Origin: Acidobacteriota bacterium
Lineage (GTDB): Bacteria; Acidobacteriota; Terriglobia; Terriglobales; Acidobacteriaceae
Assembly: GCA_021810625.1 (NCBI GenBank)
Contig: JAJZIJ010000004.1
Coordinates: 9,569-73,568 of the forward strand
Reading direction: 5' to 3'
Length of the DNA: 64,000 nt
Part shown: positions 17,502 through 26,373 of the stretch, in pieces
Layout: every line of letters begins with the position of its first letter
Numbering within the stretch: the first letter of the stretch is position 1
Translations under genes and position numbers: made by a program
The notes under the pieces: generated by a model
Told to the model about the DNA's origin: nothing
Database searches by the model: none
Seen by the model: only the letters and a program-made list of their open reading frames with translations

Positions 17502-18377
17502 GTGACCTCCGATCCTCATGTTCCGTCCCCGCTGCCGACTCCAACGGAGCCTTCCCTTGGTATTTCCGAGGGGCCGATTGCGTTGACCATTGCAGGATTT
17601 GACCCCTCTGGGGGAGCCGGGATTCTGGCGGATATCAAGACCTTTGCCGCCCACGGGGTTTACGGCATGGCTTGCATCACGGCGCTCACGGTGCAATCGA
17701 CCCTTGGCGTGCAGGGGATGGAGCCAGTGGCCGCCCATGTTCTGGATGAGACGCTGCTTTGCCTTGCCGGGGATGTCCGGTTTGCCGCCATTAAGGTCGG
17801 AATGTTGGCTACGGGGGAGATCGCCGGGGCTGTGGCCAGGTTTCTGCGCCGCCAGCCAAGGGTGCCCGTCGTGCTGGATCCGATCCTGCGCTCCAGCTCC
17901 GGGGCGGAGCTTCTGGAGGTCGGCGGTCAGGCCGTCCTGCGGGAGGAACTGCTGGCGCGGGCCGACTGGATCACTCCCAACCTTGAGGAACTGGCTGCGC
18001 TTACAGGGCGCGCCCTCTCCGAAACCCGCAGGGAGACCGAGGCCAGCGCTCAAGCGCTTTTGGAGATGGCCGCCCGGCTGGGCAATCCCGGCCTGCGGGT
18101 TGTCGTTACCGGAGGGCATGCGACCCGGCCCGACGACCTGCTGAGGACGCTGGCTGCTGGCAGCCAGTGGTTTTCGGGCCAGCGCATTGTCACGCGCTCC
18201 ACCCACGGAACGGGTTGCACCTTTTCCAGTGCATTGGCGGCTCGGCTGGCGCTGGGCGACGCCGATATCTCCATGATAGTCGAGGTGTCCAAAAGATACG
18301 TCACCGGAGCAATGCGGTCTGCCCGCCCCATCGGCCAGGGCAGGGGGCCAATGGATCATTTTTGGAACCGACGTTGA
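17502..18377 (+). CDS. thiD: hydroxymethylpyrimidine/phosphomethylpyrimidine kinase
   Basis: 291 aa. LTIAGFDPSGGAGILADIKTF, KVGML and GTGCTFSSALAA motifs of ThiD. GTG start. Confidence 0.9.
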   Translation: MTSDPHVPSPLPTPTEPSLGISEGPIALTIAGFDPSGGAGILADIKTFAAHGVYGMACITALTVQSTLGVQGMEPVAAHVLDETLLCLAGDVRFAAIKVGMLATGEIAGAVARFLRRQPRVPVVLDPILRSSSGAELLEVGGQAVLREELLARADWITPNLEELAALTGRALSETRRETEASAQALLEMAARLGNPGLRVVVTGGHATRPDDLLRTLAAGSQWFSGQRIVTRSTHGTGCTFSSALAARLALGDADISMIVEVSKRYVTGAMRSARPIGQGRGPMDHFWNRR

Positions 18378-18393
18378 AGCCGGGTTGGGAGAT

Positions 18394-18537
18394 ATGAACG
18401 TACCCGGATGGAGGTTGCACCCGCTGAAGGGAAAACTCACGGGCCGTTGGTCGGTGAATGTGGATGGGAATTGGCGATTGACCTTTGCCTTCGACAGGCC
18501 AGATGCCATTCTCGTGGACTATCAGGATTATCATTAG
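18394..18537 (+). pseudogene. higB: truncated HigB-type (RelE/ParE superfamily) toxin remnant, C-terminal half only
   Basis: 47 codons, translated by hand: MNVPGWRLHPLKGKLTGRWSVNVDGNWRLTFAFDRPDAILVDYQDYH*. This matches only the C-terminal half of ~92-aa HigB killers. The region that should encode the N-terminal half is occupied by the thiD 3' end. Confidence 0.65.
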
Positions 18538-18547
18538 GAGCAAATCT

Positions 18548-18826
18548 ATGCGCATGTACAACCCAGCCCATCCCGGAGAGGTTTTACGGGAGCAGATTGG
18601 CACAATGTCGGTGACAAGGTTCGCCGCGCATCTTGGCGTGTCTCGTGTCACGCTCTCGCGATTGTTAAACGGCAATGCAGGGATTTCGGCACCAATGGCG
18701 CTGAAATTATCGGAGGCGCTGGGGACATCTCCAGAATTGTGGCTCAATATGCAGACTCAGTTTGATTTGTGGAATGCCTCGCGAGAGAAGCGAAAAAAAG
18801 TCTCGCGTCTGCGCCTTGCCGCGTGA
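18548..18826 (+). CDS. higA: HigA-type antitoxin (XRE-family HTH)
   Basis: 92 aa from MRMYNPAHPGEVLRE. HTH segment FAAHLGVSRVTLSRLLNG and the typical LWLNMQTQFDLW tail. Confidence 0.85.
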   Translation: MRMYNPAHPGEVLREQIGTMSVTRFAAHLGVSRVTLSRLLNGNAGISAPMALKLSEALGTSPELWLNMQTQFDLWNASREKRKKVSRLRLAA

Positions 18827-18925
18827 GAGTGACTTCTCTCTCCGCCCACCCGACGCTGGATCATTTTTGGGAGAAGAAATGAACGCGCCGCCGGGAACGG
18901 AAAGCACGTCGGGAACGGAGAGCAG

Positions 18926-18949
18926 GAGAGAGAGAGAGAGAGAGAGAGA
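18926..18949. repeat. (GA)12 dinucleotide microsatellite
   Basis: Uninterrupted GAGAGA... run of 24 nt between higA and the convergent Sel1 gene. Confidence 0.95.
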
Positions 18950-18977
18950 AGAAAATCAGCGCGGGGATTGTTTCTTT

Positions 18978-19703
18978 TCAGGGCATGTCTGGCGATTGCG
19001 GAGCATGCGATTCAAACCACTTCTTTGCCCGCTCCTGCACCTGGAATAGTTCGGCGGGTGTCAGGCGCTTGGCGACCTCGTCCCGAAGGGTATCCACGTC
19101 TTCCTGCTTGAGATTTCCGACCCTGCCGCTGGATGCCGCCAAGTCGTACCAGAAATACGCTTGCGCGTTATCCTGCGGCACGCCGTGGCCCTGGTCGTAC
19201 AAGGTGCCAAGGTTGTATTGAGCCTCGGCAACTCCCTGTTTAGCAGCCTTGCGCCACCAGGCCACTGCTCGCGTCTCGTTTTGCGGCACGCCGTGGCCTT
19301 GATGGTACATCCAGCCAAGTCTGGCTTGAGCCTCGGCAAGTCCCTGTCTGGCGGCCTTGCGATACCAGATCGCTGCCAGCGCCTCGTCTCGCGACACGCC
19401 CTCGCCAAGGTCGTACACCAGACCGAGGTTGTACTGCGCATACACGTCCCCCTGCCTGGCCGCCCTGCGGAACCAGATGGCCGCCCACACATAATCCCGC
19501 ATGACGAGGTACGCAAGCCCAAGCTCACACTGCGCGCCGGAGTCCCCGCGTTTGGCGGCCTCGCGAATTTTCATGAGAGATGACGTTACGAGAGATGGCG
19601 TTTTTTGAAGCGAACCGGGTCGTTCCTCTCCAAGCAGCGTCGTGGAGGATTGGCAGATAACGCACAGCAGAAGGGCAGTCTCAACAAGAGATGGTAGACG
19701 CAT
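18978..19703 (-). CDS. Sel1-repeat (SLR/TPR-like) exported protein
   Basis: 241 aa. Signal peptide followed by about 5 units of A-x-YNLG-x-Y-x-G-x-GV-x-D-x3-A-x-WYRKAA. Confidence 0.9.
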   Translation of the reverse strand: MRLPSLVETALLLCVICQSSTTLLGEERPGSLQKTPSLVTSSLMKIREAAKRGDSGAQCELGLAYLVMRDYVWAAIWFRRAARQGDVYAQYNLGLVYDLGEGVSRDEALAAIWYRKAARQGLAEAQARLGWMYHQGHGVPQNETRAVAWWRKAAKQGVAEAQYNLGTLYDQGHGVPQDNAQAYFWYDLAASSGRVGNLKQEDVDTLRDEVAKRLTPAELFQVQERAKKWFESHAPQSPDMP

Positions 19704-19891
19704 CGCACACTTCCATTTTTCCCCCGGAAGTAACTGCGTAACTACACAGGGGTTATTGTATCATGCAAGTACCGAGAGATGGAAAAATTATTTTCTGGTA
19801 TCTCCATGTGACTACGATCACACCGTCCGCGCTGTCTCGTCTTTGTGTTCGTTGCTTCACATGCAGAAGGCCATCGTTTGTGGCGCGGGCA

Positions 19892-21277
19892 TCATCGGTC
19901 GGCGATGTTCATCTCCATACGGGTGTCTTTGGGAAATTCCACGTTGTGGCCGCGTAGGATCCAGCGCTGCGTGACGGATTTTCCCAGCGCGTAGTAGGCC
20001 AATCCCTCAACAGCCAGCGGATTGACGTAGATGGCGGAAACAACGTTTGCCGCGAGTCCGAAACCATTGCTGTACTCCAGACTTGTTCCCTGGCCGGAGG
20101 CTGGGTCAAAGGTGGAAACTCCTGCCACGGTGCCGAGCGCCAGCGGAGCCAGATATTTCCCCTGGTCGGAGTTGGCCTTCGCGCCGCCCTCAGAATCGAC
20201 AGCGATGTTCTCTCCTTTCTGGCCTTCGACGGCGGCCATCTGGCTATGTACCCGCTCCATTGTTCCCGTCGGCAACTGCACCTGACGGAAGGTGAAGCGC
20301 AGGATGCCGTTTCGCCCAAAGCTGCGGGCAGGTTTGGATTGTTGTACCGCGCCGACCAGTCGCGTTCCCGTGGGCAGCAAAACATGCTGGTGGGAGGCAT
20401 CCATGTAGGGCTGGGTCAGGACGGCCTCCACGGGCGTGCCGATTTTGCTGGTGGCGGAGCTGATGCCCGTAGTCAGTCGAGCCTCAATCGTGCCCGCCGG
20501 AATATGTCCGTTGGGCGGCGTGATGGGAAGCGGCTTGGTCGCCTTGGAGTCGGGCAGGGTCAACGGCGCGGTCAGTTCGACATCGAACTGCGTCCCCGAC
20601 CAGATGTCCTGGGGATGGTAGGGAAGCTGGTTATAGAGAAAGCGCAGCGCCCACTCCGCCTTGTGGTGATGTTGGTGGATATGCAGCATACTTTTGACGC
20701 TCTGGATTTTTGCATGGATGGGGGCGTAAATGCGCTGCCAGAGCGAGGGTTTTTTCTTTTGCGCGGCCATGTGAACCACGCCTGCCGTGCGTTCAATGGC
20801 CTTGCTGTTGAGCGGAACGCGGGTGCCATTGGGCAACTGGATGGAGTTGAAGGCCAGTTCCGGTGTCTTGAGCGGAGTTACATCTCCATTGAGCAAGGCC
20901 CAGGTGCGCGTACTCTTGTGAACCGGAGCAAGATGCACAATCTTGCCGTAGATGGGTGTGTGGGCCGGCAGAAGCACATGGTCGGAGATGTAGACCGGAT
21001 CAAGCAAATATCCCGCCACCGGAGCATTGAGTCGCATCCGGTATCGATGATCCACCTGAACGCGAAGAGGCAGGCCTGCGGGCAACGTTGCGATGGGAGC
21101 GGATTTTGTGGGCGGCATCCGGGGTGTGGGTGTTGGCGCGGGCGTTGGCGAGGAAGTGGGCGGGAGAGAAAGAACAGGCGTGGCCCGCTGCAAGGCGGAG
21201 AGCGTAGTTGCGCTGATCCACAGGCAGGCAAAGACAACCGCGACCTTGGATGGTAGGTGGCAAAACAAGTGGCGCAT
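19892..21277 (-). CDS. hypothetical exported protein with two VirB10/TrbI-like beta-barrel-type segments
   Basis: Signal peptide (from MRHLFC) and a Pro/Thr-rich linker. Two segments fit the pattern [LI]PAG-x-[IL]...LLP-x-[GH]T-x-[LI]-x-G, resembling the VirB10/TrbI C-terminal domain. This is only an impression. Confidence 0.45.
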   Translation of the reverse strand: MRHLFCHLPSKVAVVFACLWISATTLSALQRATPVLSLPPTSSPTPAPTPTPRMPPTKSAPIATLPAGLPLRVQVDHRYRMRLNAPVAGYLLDPVYISDHVLLPAHTPIYGKIVHLAPVHKSTRTWALLNGDVTPLKTPELAFNSIQLPNGTRVPLNSKAIERTAGVVHMAAQKKKPSLWQRIYAPIHAKIQSVKSMLHIHQHHHKAEWALRFLYNQLPYHPQDIWSGTQFDVELTAPLTLPDSKATKPLPITPPNGHIPAGTIEARLTTGISSATSKIGTPVEAVLTQPYMDASHQHVLLPTGTRLVGAVQQSKPARSFGRNGILRFTFRQVQLPTGTMERVHSQMAAVEGQKGENIAVDSEGGAKANSDQGKYLAPLALGTVAGVSTFDPASGQGTSLEYSNGFGLAANVVSAIYVNPLAVEGLAYYALGKSVTQRWILRGHNVEFPKDTRMEMNIADR

Positions 21278-21462
21278 ACCTCTCGAAAGAAGCTGAATCC
21301 AAAAATTTGGAGTCAATCAGATGCAGGAACCAGCGCGTGTTGGTTGGATGAAGGCAAGCAGGCGACAGGTTTCCTGCTTCATTTAGACGGCTGGGAGTGG
21401 AATCCGTCTACGCGGATCCACGGCGATGCGTGAAAATTGCCCCGGAGCAAATGGCGGCTGGA

Positions 21463-22011
21463 TTACTTCTCTTCATCAAAAAGGTGGGCATCCTCGCCGT
21501 AGTCCATCCTGTCCATGTCGGACTCCAGCGCGGCATAGTCGGCATCGGTATAACGATTGGCGGCGGATAGCGCCTCGCTGGCCTCGTCGATATCTGCGGG
21601 GATGGTTCCCTCCTGCACATCTTCCTCGATGAGCAGGAAGCGGCGGATATAGCGCAAGGGGTCTTCGGTGATGGCCATTTGTCGCAGATGATAGCGCCAG
21701 ACGCCAACCTGCGCGGTGCGTCGGGTATGCCCGCGTCGCTGGACGGTGATGACATGGCCGTTCTTGGTGACGCGGGTGTAGCTGGAAGTGGGTACGACAT
21801 AGGTTAGCTTGCTGCCCGGTTTCCAGAAGGACTGGGCAAACTCGTGGGAGAAGAGCAGGCTGTAATAGCGTCGCTCGCTCGCCAGGGTTGTGATGGCATC
21901 CTCAAAGCTCGTCCACGGAAGCGCCAGACGGAGGGCATACCATTTGCGAAACTCGAAGCCGTTTGCTTTCGCCTGACGAACCAGGGCGCGGAGCAGATCA
22001 GAGCGTGTCAT
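21463..22011 (-). CDS. hypothetical protein with acidic C-terminal tail
   Basis: 182-aa ORF with coding-like composition. No motif recognised. Confidence 0.45.
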   Translation of the reverse strand: MTRSDLLRALVRQAKANGFEFRKWYALRLALPWTSFEDAITTLASERRYYSLLFSHEFAQSFWKPGSKLTYVVPTSSYTRVTKNGHVITVQRRGHTRRTAQVGVWRYHLRQMAITEDPLRYIRRFLLIEEDVQEGTIPADIDEASEALSAANRYTDADYAALESDMDRMDYGEDAHLFDEEK

Positions 22012-22324
22012 TCTTTACTCGCTAGCAAATTAGAGTCAAGACGCCAGGGCGGATGAACCGATCCTGAAGGCTGAGATATTTATACGCTGCATGTCGTACA
22101 GGCATCCAAGACACTACCGTGCATAACGGCACCAGTGTATCCCACCATTAGGTGGAAATTTTTGTGGACTGCCCTTGCATGGATGAGAGCGGCAACGGAA
22201 ACTGGAGATGTGCGTCCCAAGCCTTCATCCCACGCCAAGGAGTTGCATGGAAATTCGGATACTCGAAAGCTGTAACAAGCGGGCTTCCTCTGGCGCGGGT
22301 TGGCGCCGTCGCAGTGGAAGTGTC

Positions 22325-23545
22325 ATGGCGATGCTGTTTCTATTTTTTATTTCATTGGCAGCGCTGTGCGCTTCCCAGCCGATGTTTGCTGTTGTTACCG
22401 CTCCCAATGGCACGCACACGGATGCGTTGAATCTGACGCCGGAGGTTCAGGATGCCTATCGACATTTTTACAATCTGGATTATGCCGGAGCGTTGCCGCG
22501 CTTTCAAAAAATTCAAAAGGAACATCCCGACGATCCCATCAGCACGGTCTACGTGCTGAACACCACGGTCTTTCGCGAGCTGTATCGGTTGGGATTACTG
22601 GATACCACGCTCTACGTGAATGATGGTTTTTTGTCGGGGAAGCATCCGGTTGTTGAGGACATGCAAGTACGCAAGCAGGTGGATACGCTTGCGGCGCAGG
22701 CCATTCGCATCGCCAACGCGCAACTCAAGGCAAATCCCAAGGATGTGGATGCGATGTTTGCCCGTGGCTATGCGCGCAGCATACGCGCCACCTACATGGC
22801 GATGGTGGAGGAGAGCAATCTTCCGGCGCTGGCGCTGGCGTTGTCGGCGCGCCGAAATCAGGAGGAGGTTCTGCGACTGGATCCAAAATATACCGATGCC
22901 AAGCTGGTGGTGGGCGTGCATGAGTATGTTGTGGGTTCGCTGCCGCTGCCGCTCAAGTTGATGGCGGGACTGGTGGGCATCAGCGGGTCGGTTTCCAAGG
23001 GGCTGGATTATTTGCGCGATGACGGCAAGAACGGCATCATCACGGCGACCGGAGCCAGCACGTCGCTGGCGCTGTTTCTGCGGCGCGAGGCGCAATATCC
23101 AGAGGCCATTACCGTTGTGCAGGGGTTGGTGGCGCGGTATCCGCGCGATTTTCTCTTTCACCTCGAATATGCCAATTTGCTTAAAGATTCCGGCCAGGGG
23201 CCACCTTCGATTGCCGCATACCGCGCGATTCTGCAATTTGCCGCCACGCCAGGATATTTTCCCAACGCGCATTGGGAGATGGCTTGGTACGGGCTGGGCG
23301 AGGCGTTGCGCGGTCAGCGCGATATTGCCGATGCCGCCGTAGCCTATCAGAAGGCTGCAATGCAGCCGACGGTTTCCTTGCTGCTAAAGCGCCGCGCGTT
23401 GCTGGCCGCCGGGGAGATGGAGGATTTGCTGCATCAGCGCGCCAGGGCGCAGGAGGAATATGCTGCGGTCATCGCCCTGGGGGGTGACACCAGCGAAGTG
23501 GATCGGGCGCGAAAATACCAGCATTCTCCATATCGGGGAAAGTGA
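22325..23545 (+). CDS. TPR-repeat exported protein
   Basis: Signal peptide MAMLFLFFISLAALCASQP and TPR-like helical repeats throughout. Start chosen at the signal peptide; the ORF is open from 22208. Confidence 0.65.
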   Translation: MAMLFLFFISLAALCASQPMFAVVTAPNGTHTDALNLTPEVQDAYRHFYNLDYAGALPRFQKIQKEHPDDPISTVYVLNTTVFRELYRLGLLDTTLYVNDGFLSGKHPVVEDMQVRKQVDTLAAQAIRIANAQLKANPKDVDAMFARGYARSIRATYMAMVEESNLPALALALSARRNQEEVLRLDPKYTDAKLVVGVHEYVVGSLPLPLKLMAGLVGISGSVSKGLDYLRDDGKNGIITATGASTSLALFLRREAQYPEAITVVQGLVARYPRDFLFHLEYANLLKDSGQGPPSIAAYRAILQFAATPGYFPNAHWEMAWYGLGEALRGQRDIADAAVAYQKAAMQPTVSLLLKRRALLAAGEMEDLLHQRARAQEEYAAVIALGGDTSEVDRARKYQHSPYRGK

Positions 23546-23630
23546 AGCGCGCCATCCCAATCCTGAAAACAATGTAGAAGCGCCCATTTTGATCGTGCAA
23601 CAATGGGGGGTGGGGATATCTCTCTTGCAG

Positions 23631-24452
23631 ATGGAACGAGACGAAGCGCTGCTGTTTTACACCTTTATGGGGACTGGCCCGGATGTCGTTCTGGTTCATC
23701 CCACGCCGGTGCATCACGCCTTCTGGCTGCCGGTGGCGGAGCGACTGGCGGATCGCTATCGACTGCTGCTGCTCGATCTGCGCGGACATGGCCAGTCGGA
23801 ACTGGGCACTGGCCCGATGACCATTGCGAAGCTGGCGCGGGATGTCCACGCCATTTTGGAGACGGAAGGGATCAGGAGCGCAGCCTTTGTTGGCTGCTCC
23901 ATTGGCGGCTATCTGCTCTATGAATACTGGCGGCGATATCCAAAAGAAATGGCCGCGATGGCGTTGATCTGCGGCAAGCCGCAGCCGGATGCGGATGCGA
24001 ATCGCGAGCGCCGCCACCAATGGATGCGCGATGCGCGCAAGCCCGGCGGTCTGGAGAAATTTTTCGATCAAGTGGCAGACACGCTGGTGGGGCCAACCTG
24101 CATCCATCGTCACCCGGAACGCCGCGCCGCCGCGCGCGCCATGATGCGCGCGATGTCGCTGGAAGCGATGCTGGCGGTGCAGCAGGGCTTGATGCTGCGG
24201 CCCGATTCCGTGCCCACGCTGGCGACGATCTGCGTGCCGACCTGCGTGATTGCGGGAGGGGAAGATAAGAGCGGCACGCCGGAGGAGATGCGTGTTCTCG
24301 CTGATACCGTGCCGGGCGCGGAGTTCCACCTGCTGGAGGATGCCGGGCACTACGCGCCCCTGGAGCAGCCGGAGAATGTGGCGAGAATTCTCGGCAGCTT
24401 TCTGGATCGAAACTACGGCAATGCCAGCGACAATCCAAGGACGACGGGATGA
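23631..24452 (+). CDS. alpha/beta hydrolase fold protein
   Basis: 273 aa from MERDEAL. HG-type oxyanion region (VLVHPTPVHH), nucleophile elbow GCSIGG and C-terminal DAGHYAPLEQP. Confidence 0.8.
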   Translation: MERDEALLFYTFMGTGPDVVLVHPTPVHHAFWLPVAERLADRYRLLLLDLRGHGQSELGTGPMTIAKLARDVHAILETEGIRSAAFVGCSIGGYLLYEYWRRYPKEMAAMALICGKPQPDADANRERRHQWMRDARKPGGLEKFFDQVADTLVGPTCIHRHPERRAAARAMMRAMSLEAMLAVQQGLMLRPDSVPTLATICVPTCVIAGGEDKSGTPEEMRVLADTVPGAEFHLLEDAGHYAPLEQPENVARILGSFLDRNYGNASDNPRTTG

Positions 24453-25756
24453 ATCCAGTGATTCCAGCAAGAAAGATTCCAGCAAGAAATTTTCAGTATC
24501 GCGGAAAACAAGAAACAGACTTGGCGTGCGAAGGCGTGTCTTTGGCCCGCTTGGCGCGTGTCTATGGCACGCCGCTCTATGTGTACTCCGCAACCGCCAT
24601 TCGCGAGCGGGTACAGATGTTCAACGAGGCGTTTGCGGGCGTGCGCCATGCGCTCTGCTATTCGATCAAGGCCAACTCCAATCTCTCCATTTTGCGCTTG
24701 CTGGCGGGCATGGGAGTGGGCTTTGACATTGTTTCTGGCGGGGAACTGGAGCGCGCGCGACGGGCGGCGAAAAAATCCTTGCGGCGCATCGTCTTTTCCG
24801 GCGTTGGGAAAACAGCGGCGGAGATGGATGCGGCTCTGGCCGCCGACATTTTGATGTTCAACGTGGAAAGCGCGGCGGAGATGGAGTTGCTGGAGGCGCG
24901 GGCGCGACATTTGCGCCAGCGCGCTCCGATGGCGCTGCGGGTAAATCCCGATGTTTTTGCCGAAACGCATCCTTATATCTCTACGGGCCTGCATGAGCAT
25001 AAATTTGGCGTGGCAATGGCGGAGGCGCGGGCGTTATATCGGCGCGCAGCGCGCAGCAAGCACCTGCTGCCCGTGGGAATCAGTGTGCATATTGGCTCGC
25101 AAATTCAAAATGCGGCTCCGTTTGGACAGGCATTGCAGCGGGTGAGGGAACTGGTGGCGGATCTTGCAGCGGAGGGGATTCGCCTCCAATACATCGACGC
25201 GGGCGGAGGACTGGGCATCTCCTACAAACTGGAGGAGCCGTTCGATCCTTCGACCTTGCTGGAACGATATGCCCACGCCATGCGTTCGGCGCTGGGAGAT
25301 TTTGACGGCGAACTACTGCTGGAGCCAGGAAGATTTCTCATCGCGCAGGCTGGCGCGCTGGTGGCCCAGGTGCTTTACGTTAAGAAAAATGGCAGCAAGA
25401 CCTTTGTTGTTACCGATGCTGGAATGAACGATCTGATTCGTCCGGCCCTGTATCAGGCGCACCACGCCATTGTGCCGCTGCGCCGCAACCCGAAGAATCA
25501 GGCGACTGTGGTCGATGTGGTTGGCCCGGTCTGCGAGAGCGGAGATTTTTTTGCCCGCGACCGCGCCATGCCGGAACTTGTCGCCGGGGATGGAGTGGCG
25601 ATTCTCGATGCCGGAGCTTATGGCATGTCGCTCAGTTCCAATTACAACTCGCGCCCCCGCGCAGCCGAGGTGCTGGTGGATGGAAGTCGGCACACGTTGA
25701 TTCGCCGTCGAGAGACGATGCGCGACCTGCTGGCAGCGGAGATGTTACTGCGGTAG
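24449..25756 (+). CDS. lysA: diaminopimelate decarboxylase
   Basis: 435 aa. TPLYVYS, YSIKANSN (PLP lysine), GGGLGI and CESGD motifs. ATGA overlap with the upstream gene. Confidence 0.95.
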   Translation: MNPVIPARKIPARNFQYRGKQETDLACEGVSLARLARVYGTPLYVYSATAIRERVQMFNEAFAGVRHALCYSIKANSNLSILRLLAGMGVGFDIVSGGELERARRAAKKSLRRIVFSGVGKTAAEMDAALAADILMFNVESAAEMELLEARARHLRQRAPMALRVNPDVFAETHPYISTGLHEHKFGVAMAEARALYRRAARSKHLLPVGISVHIGSQIQNAAPFGQALQRVRELVADLAAEGIRLQYIDAGGGLGISYKLEEPFDPSTLLERYAHAMRSALGDFDGELLLEPGRFLIAQAGALVAQVLYVKKNGSKTFVVTDAGMNDLIRPALYQAHHAIVPLRRNPKNQATVVDVVGPVCESGDFFARDRAMPELVAGDGVAILDAGAYGMSLSSNYNSRPRAAEVLVDGSRHTLIRRRETMRDLLAAEMLLR

Positions 25757-26224
25757 AAGCGTAGGGCCAGACAGGGCTGCCGAAGGCGAGAGGGAATGGG
25801 CAGCAGATGGAATGGATGGAGTGGCGGCGTATTCGCCTTCATCCTGCTTGGGGCCGAGGCCGAGCTTGATGAGCGCTCGCGCATCTGGAGTGATCCTGGT
25901 TTGCCAGCCATTGTCGGCCTGGAACTTTTGCATTGCGGTCTGGGTTCGCGTGTCCCAACCTCCGGTGGCCGCGCCCTGTAGGTAATGCTCACGAATCAGG
26001 GCTTCTTGAATCTCCGTTGCCCGCTGCGGAGTCATGACGCGCTGGCCCCGGATTTTATGGGTTTTTCTGTAGTGATGATGCAGCGTTCTGTAGTGGTGAT
26101 GCAGTGTTTTGTGGCCCGCCGTCGCCCGACGACGCACACGAGTTGCGGCAGCAGGCAGACAAACTGCCAGCAGAAGAGCCATCGCGCAGATTGCTCTGCC
26201 GACTTGTGTGCGCGATCCCCACAT
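25745..26224 (-). CDS. peptidoglycan-binding (PG_binding_1-like) exported protein
   Basis: Signal peptide, His-rich tandem TLHHHYR-TLHHHYR, then ATEIQEALIREHYL...GGWDTRTQTAMQKFQADNG, typical of PG-binding domain 1. Confidence 0.65.
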   Translation of the reverse strand: MWGSRTQVGRAICAMALLLAVCLPAAATRVRRRATAGHKTLHHHYRTLHHHYRKTHKIRGQRVMTPQRATEIQEALIREHYLQGAATGGWDTRTQTAMQKFQADNGWQTRITPDARALIKLGLGPKQDEGEYAATPSIPSAAHSLSPSAALSGPTLLPQ

Positions 26225-26373
26225 ACCCTGCAATATAAGCGTATTTTCATTGAGTTGCAATCGGGAAATACCGTGCAACCGTGGAATGCGTGGCAAACAA
26301 AAAGCAGACTGGCATCGAAGATTCTCGATCCCAGCCTGCTTTCTGTTTGCCTCGTCTTCAAAACCACGCCGAT

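Noticed and set aside
17331-18509. 392-aa minus-strand ORF
   Set aside because: It is antisense to thiD and the higB remnant, is Arg/Gly/Pro-rich and has no motif.
23469-24593. 374-aa minus-strand ORF
   Set aside because: It is antisense to the alpha/beta hydrolase gene and the lysA start, with no motif.
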